Part shown: in pieces, positions 28,677-39,126 of the stretch | Layout of the letters: each line of letters begins with the position of its first letter | Numbering within the stretch: the first letter of the stretch is position 1 | Notes under the pieces: generated by a model | What the model saw: only the letters and a program-made list of their open reading frames with translations | Database searches by the model: none | What the model was told of the DNA's origin: nothing | Made by a program: the position numbers and the translations under genes | NCBI GenBank assembly: GCA_047947115.1 | Contig: CP170459.1 | Coordinates: 1,216,001 to 1,280,000, forward strand | Length of the DNA stretch: 64,000 bases | Reading direction: 5' to 3' | DNA from: Verrucomicrobiota bacterium | GTDB lineage: Bacteria > Verrucomicrobiota > Verrucomicrobiia > Limisphaerales > AAA164-E04

Positions 28677-31196
28677 ATGAAACCCGGATATTATTGGAAA
28701 TGGTTGCTGGTCATCTTTCTGGCAGCCTGGGCATTCTCTGAAATCACTCCACCCACGAACAAGCCCTTGATCGATCTATTCGAGCAGGACGCCACCGTGA
28801 CGGATGAGAATCGGACTTTGCTCGAAACAGTCGTTGCCGAAGCCCGCAGGCTGGAAGAGGCGAACCCTGGTCGTACCTATGCCAACTTGTTTGACGCGAT
28901 CGGCACCAACGATATTACCGGATTGTTTCCGGGAATCAACATCGCGACCGATGAAGCTCAACCAGTGAAAGTGGTGCTGAACGAGCTGCAGCATCGTGCC
29001 GCAGGTAAAATCCGTCTGGGTCTCGATTTGCAGGGTGGTGTTTCGTTCACCGTCGCAATGGAAACCAATGCGCTTGCCGCCGATCGTAACAAGGATGTTG
29101 CGCTGGAGCAGGCTGTTGAGGTGCTCCGCAGCCGTGTGGACAAGTTCGGTGTGGCCGAGCCGGTGCTCCAGACGCGTGGCGAAAACGAGATTGAAATCGA
29201 GATGCCCGGCTTGTCTGAACTCGATTATCAGTCCGTTCGCGATATCCTGACGCGGCCCGCTTTCCTCGAATTCCGCATGGTTCACCCACAGAGCTCCGAG
29301 TTGTTGGCACGTGGTTTTCCTGTTCCCGGGTACGAAATCCTCACCGAAAGAAGAAAAGGTGAAAATCAGGGCGAGCCTGATCAACTGATCGACTACCTTG
29401 TAAAGATCAAACCTGAACAAGGTCTTTCCGGCAAGCATGTCGAGTCTGCAGGTGTTTACCCGAATTCACTCACTGGTGAACCTGAAATTGATTTCACACT
29501 CACTTCTGAGGGTGCCAGCTTGTTTGCAGACATCACCCGCCAAAACGTCGGACGACAGTTGGCCATCGTTCTGGATGGTGAACTCAAGTCGGCTCCAGTC
29601 ATTCGTGGCCCGATCGAACAGGGACGTGGTCAGATCACCGGCGATTACGAAATGCGAGAAGCATTTGAGCTGGCGAATGTCCTCGAGAATCCTCTCGAAG
29701 CACCCGTCAAGATTGTGGAAGAAAACTCCACCGGTCCCACTCTCGGACATGATTCCATCAGCAAGGGGCTGCGCGCTTCTGTGATCGGCTTGGCTGCTGT
29801 TGTGGTATTCATGCTCGTTTATTACATGATGGCGGGTATGATCGCCAATTTCGCCCTGCTACTCAACATACTCCTCCTGCTGGGTGTCCTTTGCATGATG
29901 GGGGCAACGCTGACTTTGCCGGGTATCGCCGGTATCGTGCTGACCGTCGGTATGGCGGTGGATGCAAATGTGCTGATCTTTGAACGTATTCGTGAAGAAA
30001 TGGATCTGAAGAAATCCATCAAAGGGGCCATCGAATCCGGTTATTCGAAAGCTTTCTCCACGATTTTTGATGCCAACGTGACCACGTTGATTGCGTCGAT
30101 CATCCTGATCAACATGGGTAAAGGCCCGGTTAAAGGTTTCGGTGTAACACTGACGATTGGTATCATTGCCAGTATGTTCACCGCTCTGTTCGTGACACGA
30201 CTGATCTTTGAAGGAGCCTTGGCCAAGGGGATGTTGAAAAACGTCAACATGCTCAAGATTGCCTTCCTGCACAACAATCAGTTTGACTTCATGCGGCTCT
30301 GGAAACAGTGGTTCGGCATTTCATGGATCATCATCATTATCGGGGTTGGCGCAGGTCTCGTAAGAGGTGGCGGTGTCTTTGGTGTGGATTTTTCCGGTGG
30401 TGACAGTATGACCTATCGGTTTGAGCAGAAGGTGGCCGTCGAGGAGGTTCGCACCGCAGTGGCTGACCTGGACATCGGCGACACACAGATCGCCTATCAA
30501 CGGGATTATGCCGATGGAAGTGAAACGCTGGATTTGACAGTTCCATTCGATGTGGGTGAGAAGGTGACCACCATGTTGAAGCAGAAATTTCCCGAAGCCG
30601 GGTTTGTATTGGAAAAAACCAGTCGAGTCAGCGGTTCAGTGGGGGCGGCGATCACGCAGTCTGCCATTGTTTCCCTCGCACTGGCCTTGTTCGGGATTCT
30701 CTTCTATGTCGCATTGAGATATGAATTCTCTTTCGCCATCGGTGCGGTTATCGCTGTCATTCACGACGTGTTGATGACGCTTGGCTTGTTCTTCCTGAGT
30801 GGAAGGGAACTCAATGCTCCCATGGTGGCGGCTATCCTGACGATCATCGGTTTCTCCATCAATGATACCATCGTCATCTTTGATCGTATCCGGGAAGACC
30901 TGAAACTTGGTGTGAAGGGATCCTTCAAGGACGTCATGAACAAGGCCATCAACGAAACCCTGAGTCGAACCGTCATCACTTCCGGCACGACACTTATTGC
31001 GGCTTTGTCACTGTTCATCTTTGGTGGATCGGTGATCAATGATTTCGCATTTACCTTTGTGGTGGGGGTCATAACCGGAACCTATTCCAGTATTTACATC
31101 GCCGCTTCGGTGGTCTTGTGGTATACGAAGGGCCAGAAACCCAAGTTGATGACCACCGATGTTCCGGAAGAATTTGCTGCTCCTGCAGATGCTTAA
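28677..31196 (+). CDS. secDF: Fused protein translocase SecDF
   Basis: LGLDLQGG, GMAVDANVLIFERIREE, FDANVTT (SecD); GVDFSGG, GFSINDTIVIFDRIRE, TLSRT (SecF). Confidence 0.95.
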   Translation: MKPGYYWKWLLVIFLAAWAFSEITPPTNKPLIDLFEQDATVTDENRTLLETVVAEARRLEEANPGRTYANLFDAIGTNDITGLFPGINIATDEAQPVKVVLNELQHRAAGKIRLGLDLQGGVSFTVAMETNALAADRNKDVALEQAVEVLRSRVDKFGVAEPVLQTRGENEIEIEMPGLSELDYQSVRDILTRPAFLEFRMVHPQSSELLARGFPVPGYEILTERRKGENQGEPDQLIDYLVKIKPEQGLSGKHVESAGVYPNSLTGEPEIDFTLTSEGASLFADITRQNVGRQLAIVLDGELKSAPVIRGPIEQGRGQITGDYEMREAFELANVLENPLEAPVKIVEENSTGPTLGHDSISKGLRASVIGLAAVVVFMLVYYMMAGMIANFALLLNILLLLGVLCMMGATLTLPGIAGIVLTVGMAVDANVLIFERIREEMDLKKSIKGAIESGYSKAFSTIFDANVTTLIASIILINMGKGPVKGFGVTLTIGIIASMFTALFVTRLIFEGALAKGMLKNVNMLKIAFLHNNQFDFMRLWKQWFGISWIIIIIGVGAGLVRGGGVFGVDFSGGDSMTYRFEQKVAVEEVRTAVADLDIGDTQIAYQRDYADGSETLDLTVPFDVGEKVTTMLKQKFPEAGFVLEKTSRVSGSVGAAITQSAIVSLALALFGILFYVALRYEFSFAIGAVIAVIHDVLMTLGLFFLSGRELNAPMVAAILTIIGFSINDTIVIFDRIREDLKLGVKGSFKDVMNKAINETLSRTVITSGTTLIAALSLFIFGGSVINDFAFTFVVGVITGTYSSIYIAASVVLWYTKGQKPKLMTTDVPEEFAAPADA

Positions 31197-31214
31197 GGGT
31201 ACCGAACGCATGTA

Positions 31215-32165
31215 ATGCTTGCTGTAGAAGCCATTCAGTCCTGGCATTGGGCCGGATTCATTATTGGCATCTGCTTTTTCCTGGCTCTGGATCTGGGCTT
31301 GCTGCACCGAGAAGCGCGTGAGATCCGCATGCGCGAAGCGGTTGCGTGGACGATTTGCTGGTTCATTCTTGCAATGATGTTCGCGGCAGGACTGCTGCGT
31401 CTCTACGGGTCCCAGGCGGCTGGTGAATTTGTAACGGGATATATCGTCGAGCTGGCGCTCTCCATGGACAATGTCTTTGTGATCGCCATGATTTTCACCT
31501 TTTTCGGTGTCCCGAGCCGCCTTCAGCATCGTGTGTTGTTCTGGGGGATTCTGGGTGCCATGGTCATGCGGGGCTTAATGATCTGGCTGGGAGTGGAATT
31601 GGTAAACCGCTTTCATTGGATCCTATACATGCTCGGCGCGTTTCTCATTTTCACGGGCATCAAAATGGCTGTGGGCGGGGAAGAGGAGGTGCACCCGGAA
31701 CGTAATCCCTTCATCAAATTGGCGCGAAAATTCTTTCCGGTGACCAACTACTACGACGGTCAGCATTTTACGACGAAGAAACCCGGGTATTTCGCTCTGA
31801 CACCGCTGGCGCTGGTGTTGATGATGGTGGAAACGACCGATCTGATTTTTGCGGTGGACTCCATTCCCGCTATTTTCGGAGTGACGCGTAATCCGTTCAT
31901 CATTTTTACATCCAATGTGTTCGCTATCCTGGGGCTTCGCTCACTGTATTTTCTGCTGGCCGGAGCCATGGCCTATTTTGAGTATCTTAAGTTCGGGCTC
32001 GCATTGGTCCTGATCTTTATTGGTGGCAAAATGCTTTTGGCTTTCAAGTATCACCTGGATACCTTGCTTTCCCTGATCATTGTAGCCGGAATCATTTTTA
32101 CTTCGGTCATGAGTTCCCTGATTCTAAGCCAGCTCCAGGGGAATAATGATGAATCCGATGGGTGA
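31215..32165 (+). CDS. TerC/Alx-family membrane protein
   Basis: LSMDNVFV, QHRVLFWGILGA, DLIFAVDSIPA, SNVFAILGLRSLYF. Confidence 0.92.
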   Translation: MLAVEAIQSWHWAGFIIGICFFLALDLGLLHREAREIRMREAVAWTICWFILAMMFAAGLLRLYGSQAAGEFVTGYIVELALSMDNVFVIAMIFTFFGVPSRLQHRVLFWGILGAMVMRGLMIWLGVELVNRFHWILYMLGAFLIFTGIKMAVGGEEEVHPERNPFIKLARKFFPVTNYYDGQHFTTKKPGYFALTPLALVLMMVETTDLIFAVDSIPAIFGVTRNPFIIFTSNVFAILGLRSLYFLLAGAMAYFEYLKFGLALVLIFIGGKMLLAFKYHLDTLLSLIIVAGIIFTSVMSSLILSQLQGNNDESDG

Positions 32166-32222
32166 TTTTTTGCCCTTTCCGGAATGCATGGCACATATGA
32201 GAATAGTTGTTTGTAGTCGTGC

Positions 32223-32867
32223 ATGAAACCGACCCCGCTTTCCAAAACACTGGATGAGTTGTTGGATGGGCTCCCCGAGGGGGAGGCTGTCAGTGTGAAC
32301 TGGATGATTTCCAAAACCGGCGGTCGTGGTATTTACCTGGTTTTCATATGGCTGGGTCTGCCATTTGTCGTGCCGGTTTCCCTGCCTGGAACGAGTGTGG
32401 TGGCGGGTATGATCATGATGGTCATGTGCTGGTCGCTCATGTCCGGACGCGCCGGTCAATTGCCCGCTTTCATTGGAGATCGATCTTTGCCCATAAACCG
32501 AGAATCCAAGATTTACCGTGGAAGTATGGCATTTCTCAAGTGGATGGAAAAATGGATCAAGCCTCGCAAGAGTGACTGGATCGAATGGCCGGCTGTATCC
32601 AAGTTTAATATTCTATTGCTCGGTTTTTTGGCCTTCCTGCTTGTATGTCCAGTTCCCGGGGTGATACCTTTCACCAACGCCTTGCCATCCTATGCAATCA
32701 TCGCCGTCGCCGCAGGGGTGATGGAGAAAGATGGTCTTTGCTTGTTTTATGGATATATTTTGGCCATAGCAACATCGGTGTATTTTGGCTTTGTGGCAGG
32801 CGGGATTATTGCATTGTTCGTTCGATATTCTAAGGATATCCTGCTCTGGGTGCAGCAATTGATATGA
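32223..32867 (+). CDS. ExoD-family exopolysaccharide synthesis membrane protein
   Basis: LPFVVPVSLPG, LP.FIG.R, PFTNALP, EKDG. Confidence 0.8.
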   Translation: MKPTPLSKTLDELLDGLPEGEAVSVNWMISKTGGRGIYLVFIWLGLPFVVPVSLPGTSVVAGMIMMVMCWSLMSGRAGQLPAFIGDRSLPINRESKIYRGSMAFLKWMEKWIKPRKSDWIEWPAVSKFNILLLGFLAFLLVCPVPGVIPFTNALPSYAIIAVAAGVMEKDGLCLFYGYILAIATSVYFGFVAGGIIALFVRYSKDILLWVQQLI

Positions 32868-34576
32868 ATTTTAGATGGTCCATCGCGCCGATTCAGGATT
32901 TGCAGGTCAAACGACTCTCCGAGGAGTTTGACCTTTCGCCGCTATTGGCCCAGTGCTTGCTCAATCGCGGGCATGGAGATTTTGAAAAAGTAGATCACTT
33001 TCTCCGCCCCAAACTCAAGAATCTTTCCGATCCCTTCACCCTTCCGAATATCAAAAAAGCGGTCGAACGCCTGTTGGCTGCCCGTGAACTGGAACAAAAG
33101 GTGGTGGTTTTCGGTGATTATGACGTCGATGGTGTCACTTCCACCGCACTAATCATCGAAGTTCTGCGTGAACTGGGATGGCGCATCGACTACTACCTGC
33201 CTCATCGACTCGAGGAAGGTTATGGACTCAGCCAGGAAGGAGTTGAGAATTGCCTCGAAAAGCTTCATCCGGATCTGATCCTGGCCGTCGACTGCGGCTC
33301 GACTGCCGTCGACACCATCGGTTGGTTGAAAGAGCGAGGTCTCGATGTCATTGTGCTCGATCATCATCAGGTTACCGATCCCGAACCGGAAGCCTACGCC
33401 TTGGTAAATCCACAACTAAACGGAGGACACCTGTGCGAACTGAGTTCCGTGGGCTTGGCGTTTAAACTGGCCCACGCGGTGATCAAGGTGTGCCGTGAAT
33501 TGAATCAACCGCCATCCGTGCATGACTTCGACATGCGTCCTTTGCTGGATCTGGTCGCTCTTGGAACGATTGCCGATTTGGTGCCGTTGACGGGCGAGAA
33601 CCGGGTGCTGGTGACAACCGGGCTCAAACGTTTGAATCAAACCCGTCGAGCGGGACTGCTTGCGCTGATGGAAGTCGCCCAGGTGCGGGATCAGGTAGGT
33701 GTTTTCGAAATCAGTTTTCAACTCGGCCCCCGGATCAATGCAGCAGGGCGTCTCGTGAATGCCGATACGGCGCTGCGGCTCATGTTGAGCGACAATCTTG
33801 AAGAAGCGCGCCAATTGGCTCAACAACTGGATAGCCATAACAAGGAACGCCAGACCATCGAGAAGGGAATTGCCGATCAAGCGATTGGCAACATACGTTC
33901 GCAGTTTGATCCGAAGCGGGATTATGTGATCGTGGAAGGCCAAATGTATTGGCACATTGGTGTGGTGGGCATCGTCGCCTCACGCGTCCTGCGCGAGTTC
34001 TATCGTCCCACCATCATCCTCGGGGGTGAGGGAGGCGAGTGGCGTGGGTCGGGACGGAGTGTGGAAGGTTTTGATCTGGCGGAAGCCTTGCGGACATGTG
34101 ACGATCTGCTGGTTCGACATGGTGGGCATGCCATGGCGGCGGGGATGTCGATTGATCCCAAGAACCTCGAAGAATTTCGTGAACGCATCAACGATTACGC
34201 CTCCAAACAGTTGACCAAGGATTGCCTGGTTCCTGTCTTGCATCTGGATGCCGAAATACCGCTTTCAGAAATATCACTCGAACGCATGGAAGAACTTGGG
34301 CGACTCCATCCTTTCGGTTCGGGTAATTCCGCCCTTCAATTTGCCAGCCGCCGGGTTTCACTCCAAAGTCACCCTCACCGCATGGGAAGGGAACATCAAC
34401 ACGTCAAGTTTTGGGTGACTGATGGAGCGTCCAGTTACGAAGTACTCTGGTGGAACTGCGGGAAATCCGAACTTCCATCGGGAAAATTCGATCTGGCCTA
34501 CGCGCCTCAAATCAATGAATACAACGGTCGCCGATCCGTTCAGCTCAAATTGCTGGACTGGCGTCCATCAAAGTAA
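32864..34576 (+). CDS. recJ: Single-stranded-DNA-specific exonuclease RecJ
   Basis: GDYDVDG, DHH, GTIADLVPL, PRINAAGR, GSGRS, GGHAMAAG. Confidence 0.96.
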   Translation: MNFRWSIAPIQDLQVKRLSEEFDLSPLLAQCLLNRGHGDFEKVDHFLRPKLKNLSDPFTLPNIKKAVERLLAARELEQKVVVFGDYDVDGVTSTALIIEVLRELGWRIDYYLPHRLEEGYGLSQEGVENCLEKLHPDLILAVDCGSTAVDTIGWLKERGLDVIVLDHHQVTDPEPEAYALVNPQLNGGHLCELSSVGLAFKLAHAVIKVCRELNQPPSVHDFDMRPLLDLVALGTIADLVPLTGENRVLVTTGLKRLNQTRRAGLLALMEVAQVRDQVGVFEISFQLGPRINAAGRLVNADTALRLMLSDNLEEARQLAQQLDSHNKERQTIEKGIADQAIGNIRSQFDPKRDYVIVEGQMYWHIGVVGIVASRVLREFYRPTIILGGEGGEWRGSGRSVEGFDLAEALRTCDDLLVRHGGHAMAAGMSIDPKNLEEFRERINDYASKQLTKDCLVPVLHLDAEIPLSEISLERMEELGRLHPFGSGNSALQFASRRVSLQSHPHRMGREHQHVKFWVTDGASSYEVLWWNCGKSELPSGKFDLAYAPQINEYNGRRSVQLKLLDWRPSK

Positions 34577-34651
34577 GGCGTTGCCTTCAACGCGATGAAT
34601 GTGGATCGGCAATCAAGGAGCTGTCACACCGTCTGAACCCACTTACGTTTC

Positions 34652-35569
34652 ATGGCACAAACTTCACCCACCGCGCCCATTCAATACTTCAATCGCTACA
34701 CCCAGCAACTGGAAACGGAGGCGGTGTATGGGGATACTTTCCTGAAATGGGCCTATGGAAATCCTTTGGGCAAATTGACGGTTGAACTGATGGTAAAGCG
34801 CGCTTTTTTTTCGTCCTTTTACGGCTGGTGGATGAGTCGGCCTGCGACCGCCCAAAAAGTGCGACCATTTATCAGGCAGTTTGGGATGGATCCCAAGGCA
34901 TTCGTCAAATCAGTGGACAGTTTCGATTCGTTCAATGATTTCTTCAGTCGCGCCTTGAAACCTGAAGCTCGACCGATTCAAAGCGAGCCTTACACCCTTG
35001 TTTTTCCTGCGGATGGAAGGCACTTGGGATTTCAGGATTTGTCGGAATTGAAATCCGTGTTTGTCAAAGGACAGTCTTTTGATCTGAATGCTTTCCTGGG
35101 TGATCCTGAATTGGCGGATCGTTATCAGAAAGGTTCGGCCGTCCTGTCGCGACTTTGCCCGACGGACTACCATCGATTTCATTTCTCTGTGGATGGGGTT
35201 CCGGAAGCGCCACAACTCATCAACGGCATGCTCTATTCGGTGAACCCGATGGCGCTGCGTCAATCACTGGATTATATCTGGCAGAACAAACGCGTATTGA
35301 CGCGGGTTCGAACAGAATCATGCGGTCAGGTGCTCATCATGGAAATCGGTGCCACGAATGTCGGGAGCATTCTGCAAACGTTCACACCTGGGAAATCCGT
35401 TGTGCGTGGAGATCAAAAGGGGATGTTCCGGTTCGGAGGATCCGCCACCATGACCTTCTTTGAACCGGGCGCAGTGGAATTGGCGGAAGATCTGCTTCAA
35501 TACTCCTCAAAGTCCACTGAACTCTATGCCCACATGGGTGACGTCATGGCTTCTGTCTCCCAACACTAA
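34652..35569 (+). CDS. psd: Phosphatidylserine decarboxylase proenzyme
   Basis: SFNDFFSR, PADGR, RLCPTDYHRFHF, GATNVGSI, FGGSAT self-cleavage motif. Confidence 0.9.
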   Translation: MAQTSPTAPIQYFNRYTQQLETEAVYGDTFLKWAYGNPLGKLTVELMVKRAFFSSFYGWWMSRPATAQKVRPFIRQFGMDPKAFVKSVDSFDSFNDFFSRALKPEARPIQSEPYTLVFPADGRHLGFQDLSELKSVFVKGQSFDLNAFLGDPELADRYQKGSAVLSRLCPTDYHRFHFSVDGVPEAPQLINGMLYSVNPMALRQSLDYIWQNKRVLTRVRTESCGQVLIMEIGATNVGSILQTFTPGKSVVRGDQKGMFRFGGSATMTFFEPGAVELAEDLLQYSSKSTELYAHMGDVMASVSQH

Positions 35570-35588
35570 CCGAGAGTGCCAGACGCCC

Positions 35589-35772
35589 TTTGGAGTGCTC
35601 CGAGAATCGGAGCTCTGGATACGATCCGCAAGCACTTAAGGTATTCAAACTTCCTTGATCCTTCGTTCACGTAGAAATGGGCATCCTTTATCAGGGGTGA
35701 GCGTGGGGTTGATTGAGCATCTATACCGCTTCCCTGAGGTATCCAAAGCGGCGCTGTACGCCGCACTCCAAA
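35589..35772. repeat. REP doublet (TTGGAGTGC family), left copy
   Basis: TTTGGAGTGCTCCGAGAATCGGAGCTCTGGAT ... TTCCCTGAGGTATCCAAAGCGGCGCTGTACGCCGCACTCCAAA. Confidence 0.8.
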
Positions 35773-35842
35773 ATGCCGTGGCATTGAGCGGGTGTTTGTG
35801 TGGGGTGGTTATTTTCAAATAAAACAGCTTGCCTTTATTCAA

Positions 35843-35854
35843 CTACGAGCGTAG
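35843..35854. promoter_or_regulatory. Candidate BlaI/MecI-type operator
   Basis: Palindrome CTACG-AG-CGTAG about 27 bp upstream of the blaI-like start; resembles the TACA-NN-TGTA BlaI box. Confidence 0.55.
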
Positions 35855-35880
35855 ATATAAAACAACAACCCCATTTGTAG

Positions 35881-36255
35881 ATGAATATGAAACGCCTGCC
35901 GCAGATCTCCGAATCGGAATGGGAAGTCATGAAGACGCTTTGGGATGAATCTCCTTTGTCTTCTCTGGAAATTGCCAAGCGACTGAAGTTGCATCCACAA
36001 ACGACCCGCACTTTTATCAGTCGGCTAGTACAGAAGAAGGCCATTCGGTTTCTCAAAAAGGGCAGGGCTTACCTGTATGAACCGTCGATTGAGGAGTCGG
36101 ATTGCAAGACGATGATTAGTCAGAAGTTTCTGCAACGTGTGTTCGGCGGATCACTGCAGCCGATGTTGACCCACCTCGTCGAGCAGGATGCCTTGAGCGA
36201 GGAGGAAATGGATGCATTAAGAAAAATTCTCCGTAGGAAAGGGAATCAGTCATGA
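35881..36255 (+). CDS. BlaI/MecI/CopY-family transcriptional repressor
   Basis: ISESEWEVMKTLW, TTRTFISRLVQK, FLQRVFGGSLQPMLTHLV. Confidence 0.93.
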   Translation: MNMKRLPQISESEWEVMKTLWDESPLSSLEIAKRLKLHPQTTRTFISRLVQKKAIRFLKKGRAYLYEPSIEESDCKTMISQKFLQRVFGGSLQPMLTHLVEQDALSEEEMDALRKILRRKGNQS

Positions 36256-37655
36256 ACTATCTCATTTCCCAATTTGAAGCCATAGGAGCCTCGGTTTTTA
36301 AAATGTCGCTGGAAGCTTCCTTGTTGATCCTTGCGGTCCTGGTAGGGCAGCGGCTTTTGAATGGACGTTTGTCTGCACGTTTGCGTTATTCATTATGGAT
36401 ACTGGTCTGGATCAAGTTGAGCCTTCCCTGGCTGCCGGGGAGCATGACCAGTGTTTATGGTCTTTGGGAGGTTCGTTCAGGTTTGGCGGATCGAGGTGAA
36501 AATGTGAGTTATGCCAGGAGCTCAGCTGCTGCCATAACGTCCAGTGAGTTTGCTTTGGGTAACGGTGCAGGAGTGCCAAACATTGAAGTGAGCAAATTAC
36601 TTTCGAATAGCGGAGAACCTGGTGAAGTGCTCGCAGGAAGTAATCCTACAAGTGATGCCACAAAACAACCTGTGATATCGAAAGATGGATCCAGTCTGAA
36701 TCATCTTCAAATAGCGTACTTTGCCTGGGGACTTGGGGTGATGGGTGTGTACCTGGTGATTGTCCGGAATATGATTTTATTACGTCGCCGTGTTCGTTCC
36801 TTATCGGTTCCATTGTCGGAAGAAGTCAACGACCAGTTTGCCCAATGTCTGGAAACGCGAGGTATTTCTGGAAAGGTGTCGGTTCTCATCACCGGGGCTG
36901 TGGATTCGCCGGCGCTATATGGAATTTTCCGCCCAGTCATTCTGCTTCCAACGGATGTGATGAATCGATATTCGGACAAAGAATTGCATCTGGTTTACAT
37001 GCACGAACTGGAGCATTTGTCACGTCGCGATCACTGGATGAATGTTTGGACGAGCATGCTGCTTGTGCTGCACTGGTTTAATCCACTCGTTTGGTATGCT
37101 GTGAAACATATGCGATCTGACCGAGAATTTGCTGTGGACGAAGCGGTGCTCCGACATTCGGATGCCGATGCTGAGACCTATGGTGAATCCATATTGAAAG
37201 CCATGAATCAAGTGACTGTTCAAAGAATACAACCGGGGCTCATCGGGATTCTTGAAGACAAGACCGCGCTAAAGGAGCGGTTTGAACGGATTGCTCGATT
37301 CGATGTTCGAAAACAAGAGTCAAAGGGGATATGGATTCTGGTTATGCTGCTTCTGGCAAGTGTATTTTTAAGCCATCCGGTCAAGTCTGATTTAACAGTT
37401 CCCGATAATCAGAACGGGACTACAGCAGATGAGCATATTCAAAAAGTCGATTCGAATCATCCTACGCTAACCAGAGCTGATCATATTCGAAATAGATTGA
37501 AGGAAAAAATCATCAAAGAAGTGCATTTTAAAAATGAAGCGTTTTCAAATGTTTATCAGTGGTTGTATTATGAATGTGGATTCGATCGTGACAACATGCT
37601 TGGTGCATTTTTTTTGGTGACCGGATCGGATGACGGTATCATTAACAAACAAAAC

Positions 37656-39126
37656 GAACGGTGTCAAAAAAGCTAATCATAACTTCGCATATAAACGGAT
37701 GAGATGAGCCGCCATGTCAATGAGGGGCTTTTCTAAAAAGAAAAATGATCTCAAGCACCGGATAAACTTTACGCTTCGCTTGGAGTAGCGCTGGACGCAT
37801 TCGTACACCGTTGACCATTTTCTCCCGGCTTCTTTGGCAGCGTTTTTCATTGCTTCAAAACGAATTTGACGTCGACGAATTTCTGCTTCGTTGCTCACTC
37901 CGTAATCCTTTTCCAAATCATGCTCCATCAAGAGACAGAGGTTATGTGCCAGGCAAAGAAAGTTGGCTTGAATCTTCTTGGCCCGGACTGATCCGGCCCA
38001 TGCCTTTTTCTCCTGAAGTGTATTTTTAAACTCATCGAATACCTTCTCAATATCCCAACGCATCCGATATAGCTGTGCTAACAAACCTGGCGAAATAGTC
38101 AATTGATTGGTGATCAAAACGTGTTCCTTCCCAGTTTGCGGATCGACACATACGATACGTCGAAGAATGCTCTGGTTATTGACTATGATTTTTTTATCGG
38201 ACGTGATTCCGTGATTGAGACCATTTTCATGATCGATTTCCAGTTTATCCAGACATTCATAGGCAGTTCCGTCTTTCATGCGGGAAACAAAATAAATTCC
38301 ACCTCGTGATTTCCACCAATCCCACTCATCGAAATCGATGGACGCAGAGTCATACACATAGAGAACTTTGCGTCCCGTCTTGGCACCCTGCCTGAGTGTT
38401 TCGATACCCATCCTTTTGAGGGCTCGCATGTCATGCTCATGCTTACGATGAACCTCATCGGCTGTATCCAGCAACTTGATTGCATGGGATCTCAGATTCA
38501 GGGCGTAGAAGTAACCGGGAGCCCATTTCTTTTCATTCTTGCGTACTTCATGAGCCGAAGCACCATGCCAATGGCCATCAGCGGCATATATGTCATATTT
38601 TTTTAGTTCCTCAAAATCCTGAAGAGGGTCATTAAGTTCTTTGACAGCTTTAGCGCAAATACTATCATTTAATTCATCGGCAAGAAGGAGGCGTCGATTA
38701 CTTTTGAGAGATTCGAAATAAAGCCCCACAGAAACATCACTCTGAAAGTGGGGGCCGTATTGTTGGAGAAACCCTCGGCCGCTGGGGGATTCCATAAGAA
38801 TTCGGGTGACTCCTAATTCAAGCCAATGCTGGTCGGGTAATTCATTACATTGGCGAGTGTGAACAGCTCGATTCAAGGCGTCAAATAAAGGATTGAAGAA
38901 TGCTGCAAATATCTTATTATCAGTTAATAGTGCTCTTGGCATGAAAATTTTTTGGGGTCAGCGCGTCAGAGTCAACTTTAATCGCACAAAAACCGGGTAA
39001 ATTCTCTGTTTTAGAGCATTTTAATCTTTTTGAAACCATTGAAAAGAACCGAGTCAGTCAAGTGATTCCCGTCGCAGGAAACCGCTTTCAGGCGTCAAAT
39101 TGAGTTTCGCCCTTTTGACACCGTTC
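37656..39126 (-). mobile_element. IS4-like insertion sequence, apparently intact (1471 bp)
   Basis: 14-bp perfect IR GAACGGTGTCAAAA / TTTTGACACCGTTC; 8-bp TSD AACAAAAC at 37648-37655 and 39127-39134. Confidence 0.93.
37677..38942 (-). CDS. DDE transposase (IS4-like, DDE_Tnp_1)
   Basis: IYAADGH, VYDSA, LITN, LYRMRWDIEKVFDEFK (YREK signature). Confidence 0.9.
   Translation of the reverse strand: MPRALLTDNKIFAAFFNPLFDALNRAVHTRQCNELPDQHWLELGVTRILMESPSGRGFLQQYGPHFQSDVSVGLYFESLKSNRRLLLADELNDSICAKAVKELNDPLQDFEELKKYDIYAADGHWHGASAHEVRKNEKKWAPGYFYALNLRSHAIKLLDTADEVHRKHEHDMRALKRMGIETLRQGAKTGRKVLYVYDSASIDFDEWDWWKSRGGIYFVSRMKDGTAYECLDKLEIDHENGLNHGITSDKKIIVNNQSILRRIVCVDPQTGKEHVLITNQLTISPGLLAQLYRMRWDIEKVFDEFKNTLQEKKAWAGSVRAKKIQANFLCLAHNLCLLMEHDLEKDYGVSNEAEIRRRQIRFEAMKNAAKEAGRKWSTVYECVQRYSKRSVKFIRCLRSFFFLEKPLIDMAAHLIRLYAKL

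Noticed and set aside
28677..31196. SecD-SecF fusion as a novelty
   Set aside because: Common in many bacterial lineages
37656..37676. ERCQKS C-terminus of the M56 ORF
   Set aside because: Read-through into the IS inverted repeat, not native sequence
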